This document shows, piece after piece, positions 13,466-27,533 of a stretch of DNA of 64,000 nt. The position numbers were made by a program, and so were the translations under genes. The DNA comes from Felis catus (lineage: Eukaryota). The stretch covers positions 42,596,001 to 42,660,000 of the forward strand of contig NC_058368.1 in NCBI RefSeq assembly GCF_018350175.1, in the 5' to 3' direction. Within the stretch, counting starts at the first letter, position 1, and the number at the start of each line of letters is the position of its first letter. Below the pieces are notes generated by a model. The model was not told the origin of the DNA, made no database searches, and saw only the letters and a list, made by a program, of their open reading frames with translations.

Positions 13466-16379
13466 AATAAAGGTCTCTAGTTTTTAGTATTTTATTGCAT
13501 CGATTCCTTGAAATATTGTGATAAATATTCATAAAGAAAATGGACTTGCCCAAATCATAACCATCTGGAGGTAAAAACCAATTAAACCAAACATTTATTC
13601 TGGCCAGAGTTTAACATCTCTGTTCCACTTATGCTTATGTCTTTTCAAAGGGTGAAGGTTGAAACACTGCTTTGCAGAATATCATGATTCAAAATACCCT
13701 TTTCTAAATGGATCCCTGTGTAAGTGGATCTCCATCTGTAGAGAACACTGTCTTCTTCAACTAAGGTTATTACTCAACATTATCAATGTATGCCATGTTT
13801 TTAAAGTGATTTTTAATATGGCAAATATGCTAATCTCAGAGTTACAGAAATGAAGTTTTCTTGCGACTATATTTTATTAACACCTTTGCCTGTGGAAGAA
13901 GTGTGATTTTAAGGATGAAAAAGTGTATTTCCCTCTAAATTAACCAAAGGATAAATTTAAATGTGGCATTCTTATAATTGAAGTAATAGATCTTAGAATT
14001 TTATTACCCTACTGAAAGATCAAGTCTCCAGCACTAGTTTAAAAAAAAAAGGCTTTAAAAAATATATTTCAGGGAAATGATGACATCAATTTAAAACAGA
14101 GAGAACTCATATTTTAAGTAAGGGAATTCCAAGAAAAAAAGTATTGTGTTTAAAACCCACTGGAATCTTTTAAGGCAAATAAAATATCTTATTTTCTTAA
14201 AACTTCCCACTGTCAAACACTGTTTCAGGACCACTGAAGTTACACAATAGATGTCTGTTGAATAAAAGAATTAACAAAAAAATATAGATTAATTTTTGTA
14301 TATATCAGTAGATGTCTTTGGCAAGAAAAATCATAGTTATGTATTTTTAAGATAAAAAATATTCTTAAAAAAGCATACATTTAAAACTATAGGATATTAA
14401 TTCTGGAATACATTTTAGTATCCCTTAAGGAAAATATAATATGGTTTAATAGTCCAGTGATAAGGCTGGATATTGTCTGGTTGTCAGGCTTATACCCAAG
14501 TAGGGGTTCCAGGCAGAAAAAATCCTTCACATTGCTAGATAAGAAAATCAAGTGGACCCTGTTTACATAAGGAGAGATGTGAGAATTGCAGTACAAGAAA
14601 TATAATTTTCTTCATAGAATAAGTGTTTGGTCATTATCTGAACTGAAACTCATATATACTTCCAGGGGTGTACAATCACCTCTCTATTCTAAGAGTTAAT
14701 AAAGGTTTATCAATGAGATGGACAACACATAATGGTGGCCATCTTAACTTACATTTAGCCATGTTTAGTATACATTTATATGTGCTTGATGCCATGAGAA
14801 AACTAAATTTTTTTTTTAACAAAAGCAATGAATCTAAATCCTTGAAGCCTGATTCTTGCCATTTACCTTCATTTTACCTGATTATCTCCATGTTTGTCCT
14901 TATGGTGACATTAAGTAAAATTTACTGAACATCTGTAATGCCATGCTATAATCCTTACAACTCCATGACGTTTGATACTCAAGGTAATATTCATACTATA
15001 TCCCCGCTCTGTTCACTATCTTAGTATATTACATCTTAGTATAAAACAAGCAGTAGTCTAAAGGAAATCACACTAGTGTGTCATGTTATATCTGTTTGAT
15101 TCAATTTTTCCAAGCACAAGGAATAAGTTTTCATATTGTTCTTGTTCTAAAGTCCTTTTTTCTTACTTAGCCACTGTCTATATATAAAATTAGAACTAAA
15201 CTAAAAGGCCAATACAAAAATAACTTTATCACACTGAGAAAGTAGTAAAGGTCAGTCAAGAAGTGAAAAATTTAATTTCTACAATCCTAGTTACATTGAG
15301 GCCTACTAAAAATTGGCTATATCTACTTATTTAGTTGATCAAGTTAATTGAATTAGTAACAAATCCCCACTACATTCTGCTCCAAATCCAAATCAATAAC
15401 TTTGTCTTGATGATTTCAGCTAAGCTACCATAAGGCAATGATTTTGACCTCTGGTATATTAAGAAAAGGTATTTTTTCAGATACTATCATATTGTGTTAT
15501 ATTTTTATTTGTTGGGTCTCATTTATGTTATTATGTCACCCATATACTCAAATGTTATAAACTTGCATATTCAAACATTAAAAACTCATTTATAAGTGAA
15601 TATGGTATTTTAAAATAAGAAAGAAAAAAAACTATTGGTTATTATGCTTCTGGCTTACATTTGATGAATCCCAGAAATATGATCCATATACTCCAAGGCA
15701 TTTTAACTAGTTTGATTACACCATGGATGTCACTACTTCAACGGAGATGCTTTCTAGTCTATGGAATAATTGGAAGCAAAACCCAGCAGGTTTCAAATGG
15801 TTCCAGCTGTGTTAAGTACTGACTGTGAAACAGATTCTCTCTCTTATATGTTGTTTTGTAATAGAAGTGATGTATAAGGTGAAAATCCCCAGACGGGTGG
15901 AGTTCCTATGGGTAATCAACAGGGAAGTGAATTAATAACAAACGCTAAAAGCAGAATAATTTTAAATACAACATGTGAATGAAAATGGCGAAATACTCAA
16001 AATGAAAGATAAAGCAATTAATAAATGTGGCACAATAGGGACTAAGTTCAAAAGAAAACATAGGATCCTGTCTGTACTATTCAGATGCTGTTACAAGACC
16101 AACTTTTCAGAAATCCTAAATATCCAAAAAAAAAAAAAAATTAACCAAAAGCAGATTAACAGCTGACATGCTTATTAAAAAGACATAAAACTCATATTCC
16201 AAAAAAGCACCAAGAACAAAACTAAGAGGACACACATTAAGTGCAATCTTCACCTCTGTCAATGGCAAACTGGTATCCTTGAAGACAAAAGAGAGAAAAG
16301 CAGGTAGTTTTGTTTTTTGGGGTTTTTTGAAGTATCTGCCTACCATGGAACAGACGTTGACAGGGATCCATGTACCCGT

Positions 16380-16498
16380 TCACTTAATCTCATGATAATC
16401 TTATGGATTAGGCATGATTACACTCATTTTACAGACAAGGAAAGAAAGAACTGGTACATTTAAATGATGTGCCCAATATCACAGTTTCTAAGTAGCAT
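16380..16498 (-). mobile_element. MIR fragment
   Basis: ctcattttacagacaaggaaa...taaatgatgtgcccaatatcacag core. Confidence 0.6.
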
Positions 16499-17954
16499 TT
16501 CATGGAGTTATTTTTCCTACGCCAAATATCAAATTACTTCTTGGGTCTCAGTTTTTTTCATCTAGAAAAAGAATTAAATAGGCCAAATAGTCTCAAAGGC
16601 CCATTTGAGTCTTGAGAAACTATCCTGTGAGTTCTTTTAGACACCAAATTTATCTTTCCAAAATTAATATAGTAGCTAGACACTGCTCTAGTCACTATTC
16701 AATTATTATTTTGCTTCTTTTTATAGAATTCATACGTGATTCTAGGGTGATGTCTAGATGACTCAAAAATCTATTAAGGGAACATTCACGTGACAACTTT
16801 TTTCCCTCTAAAACACCTGTCCCTATCAAGCAGATAACAAAGTAAATCTATTGATCATTATGTTTAGAGGTAATGACTCAATCTAAGTATTGAAAGGTAT
16901 AAGTACAAATTTTTGATAAGGAGGCAAAGGAATCTGACCCTGTTTATTTAGTTTACCCTTTCTTTTCCCATTATATCCCAATTTAAGAAAAAAAAATGTT
17001 ATCATGGGCAAACATAGTGGTGTGGAATAAGGGAGAAAATGGAAACCAGAGATATCTGTTTGTGACAGAAGAGTATTTATGTACCTCAGAATCAGCAGCT
17101 TTCTAATTTTCTGCTTCTCTCTGTCCTACATGCTGAAATCATTGAGTCAAGACGCTGATATATGATATAAAGGTGTTAATTGTACTTCACTGTTAAAAAA
17201 TCAAAATGGTAAAATGCAGAGTCTAACAAGGCCTATACTTCCTCATCTGTAAGTTAGACCTCCAGAAATATGAATGGAGGGTGTCAGGGAGATCATAATT
17301 TCTTAGATTGGAGAGCACGAGGACTCCTCAGCCACAAAAAATTCTTCAAACTAATTAGAGCTTTCGTCATCAGGCCGAAGATGTTACAGAGGAAAATATG
17401 GACAGCAGCTGAAACCAAACATTCACTCTCCACATATACTTTATTCCTTTGCCCTCTGTCACAGCCGCAATGGATACAGATGTGCTTTGGGTGTCATATG
17501 CTTACCACATTTCAATGTAATCTAGAGTTGGTTTACTCAGAGGTAACCTGTAAAGAACAATTTTGGGTACACTGAGTTGCCCTGTAATATATTTATTTTT
17601 TTAATATATAAATGGGTTGCAATCCTTTCCAGTGAAATTATATCCCTACTGAAGAAAATGTTTCAAACTAATATATAGCCTATATAGCCTAAAAATAGTG
17701 TTTTACAAGTAAAAGTAGGCCACACATAAGGAAGAAATACCAGTGTAAAGGCAGGGCTCTGGATTGGAAATAAAAGCCATTGGCTTTAGCCATGTTACTT
17801 GGGAAAAAAAACAAACAAACAAGCAACATTTTCTGAATCTCAGTTTCTACATAAAGAATGGATTGTCTTCTTTATATGGTTATAGGAATGAAATCAATGG
17901 AACTGTTATACATACATAAAGTATGATTCCATTATCAGCTTATCTCTCAGGCTA

Positions 17955-18058
17955 AGTCAATATTTGCTGAATGCCTACTAAGTTCACTCTTAGGCATTGT
18001 AGATTTGGTCTTGCAAATACAAAGGTAAGAAAGGTTCAGTCTCTTACTCTAAAGAACT
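17955..18058 (-). mobile_element. L2 3'-end fragment
   Basis: caatatttgctgaatgcctact...taggcattg...tctcttactctaaagaactt. Confidence 0.5.
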
Positions 18059-18785
18059 TTCTTACAGTTTCCTTAATTATTAAGTTTTAAATTATGATAT
18101 ACCAGTATTTGATTTAACTGAATTACCAATTGAGACTGAAGGATCATGAGGAACCAGGGCCATGTTTTGAACAATCCTGAATATACGACTGGGGTTGATA
18201 CTGCTTTGGCTGGAGAGGATGCACAGCCTTGCCAATAACAGATGGTCCTACAGGAATAGTTTAAACCCTGAGGAGTGTTGCTTTCAGTACCATCCAGAAG
18301 TCAATAACCTTAGCTAAAGCAGAATTTAATTGTCTAAAACAGAGACTTTAGGTGTCAAAATGATTTTGCTTAATTATTACCATGTTTAAAAATCAATCAA
18401 TGAATTCAACATATTTTGCCATCACTGCTTGGCAGAAGATTTTGCTGTCAAGACCAAGAATGAGCTCATGTCAAACTAAAATATCCTAACGACTGTCTGT
18501 TTTTACTACAACTTAATGTAATTTTGATACTCATTTCAATTCTGCAGCAAAAAGAATTTATTTTTATAAAATTTTGACATCTTTTTTTATGTTGAAAATT
18601 TGAAGATTAGGAATGGCAACATTAATCCATACAGTTAAATTTAGCATTATATCTTCACCTTGAAAATGGTATCAGTGAGAAAACCTCAATTTTAAAAATT
18701 GCAAAGGAAAAAATATAGATATCTTCTATTTCTAGGAAGAAAGGACACACTGTGGGTATTGTGATACCTTAGGGATGTTCTTGAG

Positions 18786-18788
<3 letters not shown>

Positions 18789-18821
<33 letters not shown>

Positions 18822-18953
18822 ATATACATACATATATATGGATGTGTATATATATATACATATATATATATGGATGGATGTATATATATATATACATATA
18901 TATGGATGGATGTATATATATATGCATCCATCCATATATATATGTATATATAT
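18789..18953. repeat. (TA)n-based compound repeat with TGGA units and a terminal inverted copy
   Basis: Read directly. Confidence 0.95.
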
Positions 18954-21900
18954 CAAGAAACTTATCTGTGTATTTTAAAATCTATCAAGAAATTTAAGAA
19001 AGCAGATGTATATTAAGTAACATAAATGAATATAATCCACCTAGTGAATGATAAGAAATGAAGGAAAGAAAAGTTGCCAGTGCAGGTGTGTTTACAGCTG
19101 ACAAACAGAGGTAAGGCTATTGTGATTCTAGGTTTCCAATGTGAAAATTGGTTCAATGACATGAATATATGACACAGGAGGGCATCAACTCACAACTCAG
19201 AACTCACTCCATTTTGTCTCCATTTGTCACTTGCACCTTCTACAAAAAGTTTCCTGCAGAATCCTGTGTAGCCGTGTATTTGAAAGTCCTCAGCGTGCAG
19301 CTGCTATCACACAGAGGCACAGATTGGTTGTATCCTCCGAATCCAAAAAAGCACTGTTTTTTTTTTCCTCAAAGAAAAGATCTACTATGGAACTACTGTC
19401 AGCAGAAGACATTTTCTTCCTATAAAAGAAAGGGTTTCATTTTATATATCCTTCTGTGTCTCCATTCTTCTCCATATTGAGGTTTGTTTAAAGAGGAAAA
19501 AAATTTAAAAAACCTCATTCCCTGAATTGTGGTTGCTATTGTCTTGCACAAAAACAGTTTTGTTTTAAAAATCAATCATCTATGAAGATTCTCAGCAACT
19601 CCACCATACCTACTGTGTACTGCATGTGGATTATATGCTCTTTCTAGTAGGCAAAAATATAGGATTTGTAAAATCATTTAAAAATATACGTGGCTCTTTC
19701 CACTGATTTATATCTAACAGGGCCAAACATGTGAAGTATTGAAGAACTGCGAGGCATTTTACTGAACACTGTCATGAGGTAAATATATTGAAATACACGT
19801 ATGTCTGGAATGAGATGCCGTGCTACACACACACACACACACACTATTTACAAATGGAGCAAGGATGAATTCTAAAAATACAGCTTGAGAAATGATTCAA
19901 TATCAATTCCTATGAGGATCAAAGCACTCACTTAGTAGCCAGCCCTCTTCATTATGGTAATGCTATGGTTTTATGGATACCTAGGGTTTTCATCTGATTT
20001 ACTTTTGGAGGAGAGTCGACACACACAACTGAGAGTTTCTTCTCAGGAAGAGTTGAAAGCCAGATCACGGGCATCGGAGGTACCAAAGGTAAGTGTGAGC
20101 AGGCCTGCACTGTCCACTTGGAATAACTAGATTCATCAAAAAGTAAATCTGTCTATTCCAAGGCATGTGTTTGAGATTTTTATTCTTTCAGACACATCCA
20201 ATGTTTCTGCTTTTGGAAAAAATAGGCAAGACTAATTCTCTAGGCTATAAATCACTCTAATGCGGAGGGAAATGTGTTAGCTGGTTGTATTACAAAGCCT
20301 TTACTTCATATTTAATAGGCACCTGCAATACCAGCATTATACAAAGCTCTCTACTTTGCAAATCTTTAAAACCCCACTTAATTTTCAGTACCGATTTCCT
20401 GCAATCTAAGAGCTTATGAAGGGTTCACTGTGTTCATACAGATCTATGCAAAATGTGCCAGAATTTCCCTGTCTGTGATGGCATTCATTTGGAGGTGAAT
20501 CCCAAATTTTTATCACTGGCGTGCTTATTTCCGACCAAAATAAATATCCTTAGAATGAAAGCTGAAGATTACGAGGACAAAAAGGAGGCAAAGTAACTAG
20601 CACTGGGAGAGATATATGCAAATATCAGCTCAATGACAATTCTTCATACCATTTACAATTGAAGCTTAAAGACCCAAATACTCTGCAATCCATTAGTTTC
20701 TCAATATCCTGGAAGGGATTAGAGTATTTCTTAATCAACTGCTAACAGACTGAAAAAGGCCAGAGAGTGGATATTAACAAAGCAGGGTAATACTAAAATG
20801 CAGAGATGGCCAGATAGAAAGACAAATTGTGGAAGAATGTTAAAATATATTATACAAACATGGTAAAATCAACCCAATTTCCACCTCCTTGCAGCCCACA
20901 TAATTAAAAATCTATATAAATGAATGAATGCTGAGGCTGTAATAGAATCCTTTTAAGAAAAGATAAGTTCACTTGTTAACAAATTCTGGAATAATGAGTA
21001 TAACATGACTAGAAAGAATTAATCAAATATGCCCCTCAAATTGTGCTTATATCTTCACCACCCCCAACTGTACAAATGGTCCCAAGTCCATCATTTTAAA
21101 TGTGATATGTGCTGATGGACCAGTAATCGATTGGACTGTTAAAATTGGGGAAATATTTAAGTAATGTAAATAACAGAGAAGTATGGAAAAACCTATCCCT
21201 AATCAATGACTTCAAGTTCTGAATGCCTTAAAATCATATCATGGCTCAGAAATTTCTACTAATTCCAGTACTATTCTTATCTATAGGATACAAACTGTCT
21301 AGAGGACAAAATGTGAGTGAGAGAGTAAATATGGATTGTTTTCCCACTTTATTCCTGCCATCACCCTTTACCATTAAGGAAGGGTAGTTGTTTAACTTAC
21401 TTAATGAACTTCCATTTCAATGAATCTTGACTTAGGGAAAAAAGAATATAAATCAAAACCAAAATGTCAATCATAGCAATATGTCTTTCTTGTTCTATGT
21501 TTCTGATGACTGACAGCCCAATAGGTTTGTATCAAACAAAGGTAAAAAGCATGTGTTCCTTTCCAAATGAAATGTTTGACAGATTTAACAGCTATCTGAA
21601 ATAACTGATGAAATCCTAAACAGCACAGCCTATCTCCTAATGTACATGAGAAATCTTATTTCTACATTTGGATTTTTTTCCCTGATCTGATGCAGATTCA
21701 GGGGGTCCTAACTAATACAAAGGGTGTACCACATTAGCATTATTAGTTATTGAACTCCTATGCTTCCAGATATTGAAAACTTTAGAGCAAGCCCCCTGCT
21801 GCCTTGCATTCCCAAATTCTCACTAATATCTGACCTGTGATTAGAGTCATATTTTTTTTTAAATGACAAATTTTAGGGCCCTGGTATGTAGAATTCTGGA

Positions 21901-24070
21901 AAATCTATTAAACATAAAATCAGCTGTCAAGAAAGCCAAAATTTAAAAACCCGTGTATTTTTAAATAATTCTTAGTTTCCAACTACCTTGACTATATAAG
22001 ATATTAACTAACTTGTTAATATTAGCAAGAGACTCGTTTGAATAAAGGGTCTCCTTCAAGAAAACATCACACTAAATTCAGAGAATGCTTACTGCAGGGA
22101 TTTTAAGTGAAAGTGGTAAACAATTCACTAAACTCACTTTCTTTTTTGTCTGAAATAATATGCAAGCTAAGAGTTCAACTCTGACAAAGTCAAACTGAGA
22201 AAGTGCTAAAAAAAGGAGCAGTAAAGTTGACATGGCCCTCGATCCCATAAACACTCAGTCTGGTACCGCTAGACCAGAATGGCGTCTGTGGGGGTTAGTT
22301 AGCATTTGGACCATTTCTGCATTCCCACCTACCACCCCCCCCAAAATTAGAAACCAAAACAATCTGAACAATAAAATAAAATTGTGGAAACAATGCTTCT
22401 GAGAAAATAATTTACAGGTCTCACTTTCATACCTCAGTACTGTCACAGAAAATAATGCGATATGAAAAATAATTCATTAAGAGACCATTTCTAATATTTT
22501 GGGTATAGTTTATGCACATCTCACATATGTCAGTCAACATAAAAAATGAAAGTTCAAGAGTCAGACTAATTCACAATTGGTTATGAGGAAATGTGGTTTT
22601 AGATTTGAGGTTTTTCATTAAATCTAAATTGTATTTTACTATTTCATGTATATTTTAATTTGAGCTATTATGAGAAGATACATTATAGCTTGAAATATTT
22701 AATAAGACTATACATATACCCAAAGAATATCACGTATTCTTAGCAGTACAATACTTGCAAGGTAATTTTAGTGATGTTAAAGCCTCTTCTGTAACACCGT
22801 AAGGATGACTCACTTGAAACTAAGGGAACATCAGTTCAGAGTGTTTCTATATATAGAAATAATTGTAAAATTTAGGAGATAGTCTTTTAACTACTGAAAT
22901 TGTTTTCTCTACGTTAACACGTATTCAGTAATCAGAAGACACATCTATGCTTAATACAGTGGCAACTTTTATTTTTACTCTCCTCAAGGTTATTAGCAAT
23001 GAATACTAAAATGTACCTTGAATTTTATAGCTTAGCTGTATCAAGTTGAAAAAAAAATCAAGTATTTGTATCACAAATCCAAGAGGAAAGGTAGCCAGTT
23101 TGTATAGATGGCCCATCCTCATTTCAAATTCCTAAATCAATCCAAGGGGTCTGGGTTTCCTTTACCTCACAACTGACTTCTTGATCATAGGGCACTTGGC
23201 CAAAGGGAAGGAGTGGAAATAAAAATCGCAACGGATAACATTTTAAATATACTTTGCATCTTGGGGAGCAATTTTTCTCCACATACCACCTGTGTTCAAC
23301 TGTCACGATATACTGCAACATTTAGTAGTTTCAAGTATTGTCACATTTTTTTTAGTAGCCTCACATTAGTTCAGATTTGCTGCCTTCACTTCTTTCAATT
23401 GCATTTCCCCACTGTTCTAAATAGCAATTCTATGACTGTCTTCTGCATTTTACGTGACACAGCACTTCAGTGGTTGTAGTGGGATTCTTCAAAAATGAAA
23501 AATAATCACAAATGTAGTATGGTATCTCTAAACGACTGGGAATAGAAGCAATTCCCTTTCTGTAGTAAAAGTACATGTATACACTTGAGTATAGCATGCA
23601 CACACATTTTCAATGTTTAATTTCTTCGATACATACACAGATATACATATGAGCAAATACTCTCGATTGTGAACAGTTGAAGTCAGGATACTTAAACTCT
23701 AAAATAAGCATTTCATTTAGAAAATGAAACATGACTGTTTACCCACAACCAGACTGTAATGCAACTCTCACAGATTGTTTTATTACTGGAAGAAGTTGTC
23801 AAATGTAAATAGGTCACTTTTTTTTTTTTTTACATTTTCATTTATACCCCCACAAAAAGCACACTGGGGCCAAGAAAATTAATTCCCCAAGTGCTGTCAA
23901 CCAGGTTGGGAAATAGCAATAAACAGCTTACTGTAAAGCCCCTCCAGCTACAATAAAAAGGCTGTCAATAAGTGAGCTGAGTGAGAGCTGGGCTGTGTAC
24001 AAACAGGTACTCTGGAAATGATAATCTGAAAGGGAAAAGACCTGACGTTTCTTATTCCAATATGCTGAGG

Positions 24071-24246
24071 CAGTGGTTCTCAAAGTATGGTCTCTGGACT
24101 AACAGCATCAACATGCCTAGGATCTTGTCAGCAATGGAAACTTTCAGGCTTGACCCCAATGGTACTGAATCAGAACATCTGGGAGTGGGGTCCATGTTTT
24201 AAGAAACCCTCCGGGTCATTCTGAGACACCTTAAAGTTTGAGAACG
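24071..24246 (+). mobile_element. MER5A (hAT-Charlie)
   Basis: cagtggttctcaaagtatggtc...tactgaatcagaa...aaagtttgagaac. Confidence 0.85.
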
Positions 24247-26617
24247 TAATATCACATTTTAAAAATCACATCCACTAAGAATATATTTTCCTTTTAGAAA
24301 AATACACCAATGAGCTTTATCACTTAAAGCCCTACTGGAATTGATTATCTTGCCATCCTCTTAAACCCATAACAGTGAACTTTGCTTATTTATAAATAAA
24401 TATCAAGACATGCTCTTGCTTTTCTTAAAAACGGGAAATTCCACCCAATCTGGGAAGGATAAGGGTACTTCTGAAAATTCATGCAAAATAATTTGTGGAA
24501 AATCCAGTGACAGATTTGTTATGTTCAAGGAAAATGAAAGCTCAGTGAAATCGAGTGGATGAGGAATATGGTTTCCAACATTCTTTGCAGGGTCACACAA
24601 GGCAAAACAGCAGGGGAATGAAAGACAAAATAGGAACTAATGCCCTGATGGCAGAAGAGTCAGACATTATGTTTTCATTGTATCCACAACACAGATGAAT
24701 GATATTTAAATTTGGTAGCCCTTTACTCAAGAATCTTGCATTTTACTCACACATCAACTAGCACCATTAAGTGAAAAAGGTATTCCTGTTCACAGCACTC
24801 TGTGCCCACTCAACTAAAAATCTTCACACGTTATATGTTTATAAATTCCTTTGAAAGCTTTTGTTGTGATAAACCCTACTTTTTTCAAAATTGTGTAGCT
24901 TCAGGAGCATATTCTGTATAAAAGCAACTAGTTGAAGAGAAGGAGCTAAAAATAGAATTTTTATTTTAGCTTAACTAGAACATCTTCAGATAACACTCAT
25001 GTAGTTCAGTTAAAAAAAAAAAAAACCTAAAAGGATCGTATATAATTTATGTTCTTCATTCATAGAAAATATGCCTCTTACACTAAAATTGTACATATTG
25101 CTATCACCAACACTTCTCCTTACTTCCAATATTCCTTTTCTCCAACACTGCAATTTTTCTTTCTCGGCGTGAAAATTTCTAAAAGGTATAAGCAAAGCCA
25201 TTTCAATAGCTCTTCAGCATAATAGTGAATTACAGCTATGTCTGAACATCCAAATGACTACAATGAGAACTGCACAGTAACACATGGTCTCAAGGAATGT
25301 CTAAAATGCACTTTAGTTCCAGTTAGAGAATTAGTCAGCATCCTATTTTAAAGATTACATCATACAAATGTTCTTATGACTAAGCCTAAACAAAATATCT
25401 TTTCCATAATTTGCTGAAATGCACTTAACATTTATGTCACTGTACTACATAGAGTTTCAAGTTTTGTGGAGAAGTCAGAAAAAGTGGGCCCGTGCGTCAA
25501 TGCTAATCCACACCACATTTACATGAAAAGAAAGATGATGTTGGAAGAATATCAGAATGTTTCTTTGGAAAACAAATTTCAGATTTTGTATGAAAAGTTC
25601 AAATCATGTTTGCTTTTTTCAAGACAGTATGCAAATCATAAAATATCAGCATATTGTGAGTGACCTTCACCTAAAAAGTAAATAAAAAAGCCGTTTTCTT
25701 TCTTTTCATTAATAGTACCTTCATATTTAAGTCCATTAAATCCATTAAGTCCATTAGTTTCAAAAATTACTTAGCATGATTAACTATCTTATTTACCAAC
25801 TTTCTTTCACAAACCTTTACTAAGCTCAGAAATCTTCTACATTTTAAAACAACCTCTCTTAAAAAGCTGATGAAGTTAACATAAAAATATGTCTTTCCAA
25901 CTTCAACTTCTATCAGATAACTTCATATGCTCCTCTGGAATTCTGACACGGACTTATTTTAATTCCTCTCATTCTGTGCCTTCAAGCTTTAAGTATATGT
26001 ACTTTTAAAATGCTCTAGATATCTAATCTTTTACATTAAGAAGTAGAGATTTTAGTTGAATAATCACAGATAGACATTATGCTTACTGTTCTGGGAATAT
26101 CTATGCGATTCACTGTCAAAATTACTTTTATGAATATCTTATTACCACAAAACCTTAAAGTCATTCCAGAGCAACAAACACTAGATGGTAAGAGGGAAAT
26201 AGAGTTTCAATAAAACATTCTCTCTCACCCCACGTCCCACATAAAAAAAGGAAAAACTCTTGAGTTTTCAAACACTGATCAACAATTGTCAATACTGTCC
26301 TGCAAATTTATTTTTGCTTTCCTTGATTTTCTGAAATCTATTTGTTCCTTATTTTGAACAAATTCAGATGGGCCATCACCATAGGGGGACTCAGTACCAA
26401 CAAGGGTGGAACTCAGATTACGAAATCCTAGAAAGTTGGTGTGGTGAGAGCTAATCACAAAAGAGCAACCAAATGAATTGAAATGCTAGTTGCTCCAGAG
26501 CAACTATCATTAAATAAAAGGTATCTTTGGCTGTAGTACCAGCTTGATCCTTCCCTCCCCCCTTTCCTTGCTACTGCGGGATGGGCGCCTGGCCAGCACA
26601 AGCGACATGATACCCTA

Positions 26618-26631
26618 GTGCCATCTACAGG
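26618..26631 (-). promoter_or_regulatory. CTCF-like motif
   Basis: CCTGTAGATGGCAC versus consensus CCASYAGRKGGCRS (one mismatch). Confidence 0.5.
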
Positions 26632-26706
26632 CTATTACTGACACTCAAATTTCATGGCAATAGACAAGCACCGGTGAAATAAATTAGACAGCACTGCATT
26701 TAAATC

Positions 26707-26712
26707 TTTATT
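26707..26712 (-). terminator. Candidate poly(A) signal for the short isoform
   Basis: AATAAA on the minus strand about 820 nt past the read-through stop. The hexamer is common in AT-rich DNA. Confidence 0.35.
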
Positions 26713-27533
26713 AACAAGGAATTATTAGACCTAAGAAAAACTAATTCTGGATTTGGTTGAAATATGAGTTTCTCAGCCTCTTAATCCCTCTTCATATGGC
26801 ATATTTCACAGTTTAAAATGAGTTATGACAGATCACTTATGCATTACTAAGATGGGAGAATATTTACAATGGATTCATTCTTTTCTGTATAAATTGGTTA
26901 TATCAGGGAGAAAGCATTCCTTCTATTTTTTTTTTTTCTTGAAAGAGTACTTTGGCCATTATGGACAATTTGCCAACCTTCTATTCAATACCCAATGTAC
27001 TATATTACAATGAAATCATCTGAAATCAAAGAGAAGGCTTCCTATATGGCTTCGTTGCAATCTATCAACAATCATGTGCTTCACGGCTGATGTACATTTA
27101 ATAAACTACTATCTTGTTTAGAGACTAAAAAAAAATTAACCCCTTTAGCAACCACAGCTCCAAAATAATTATAGCGACACCTTCAAACGTCATTTAAAAC
27201 TTGGGATTTGAAGGTGACTTTTTAGATCAAAAGGTAACGTGAAAATCTTGAAGCAGTCAATTTGGAAACCCCAGGAGCAGAATTTGGCATAACAGGACAG
27301 GTTTTCTTCTTCAGCAAACATTATCTTGGGACATTTTGGAATTATTTCCTCTTTTCATCTTTTGTCATTTGAAGGAAACTGGGAAGTTAAATAATTCTCA
27401 GAACTCAGAAATTTCAAAGCTGTTCTAAAAATTCTTGACTGAGCCCCAGAGGAATAAAAAAAGGGGTCAAGTTTTTTTTTCCCTCTTTATAACTAAGCTA
27501 AAGTTAGACCAAAACAAGAGACACACTGGCACG

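Noticed and set aside
13093..13553. Tyr/Ile-rich ORFs (also at 18.7-19.0 kb and 48.6-49.1 kb)
   Set aside because: Translations of TA microsatellites.
25729..25757. Three tandem 9-mers (AAGTCCATT-like)
   Set aside because: Ordinary short slippage repeat. No CRISPR-like repeat-spacer structure was seen anywhere in the window.
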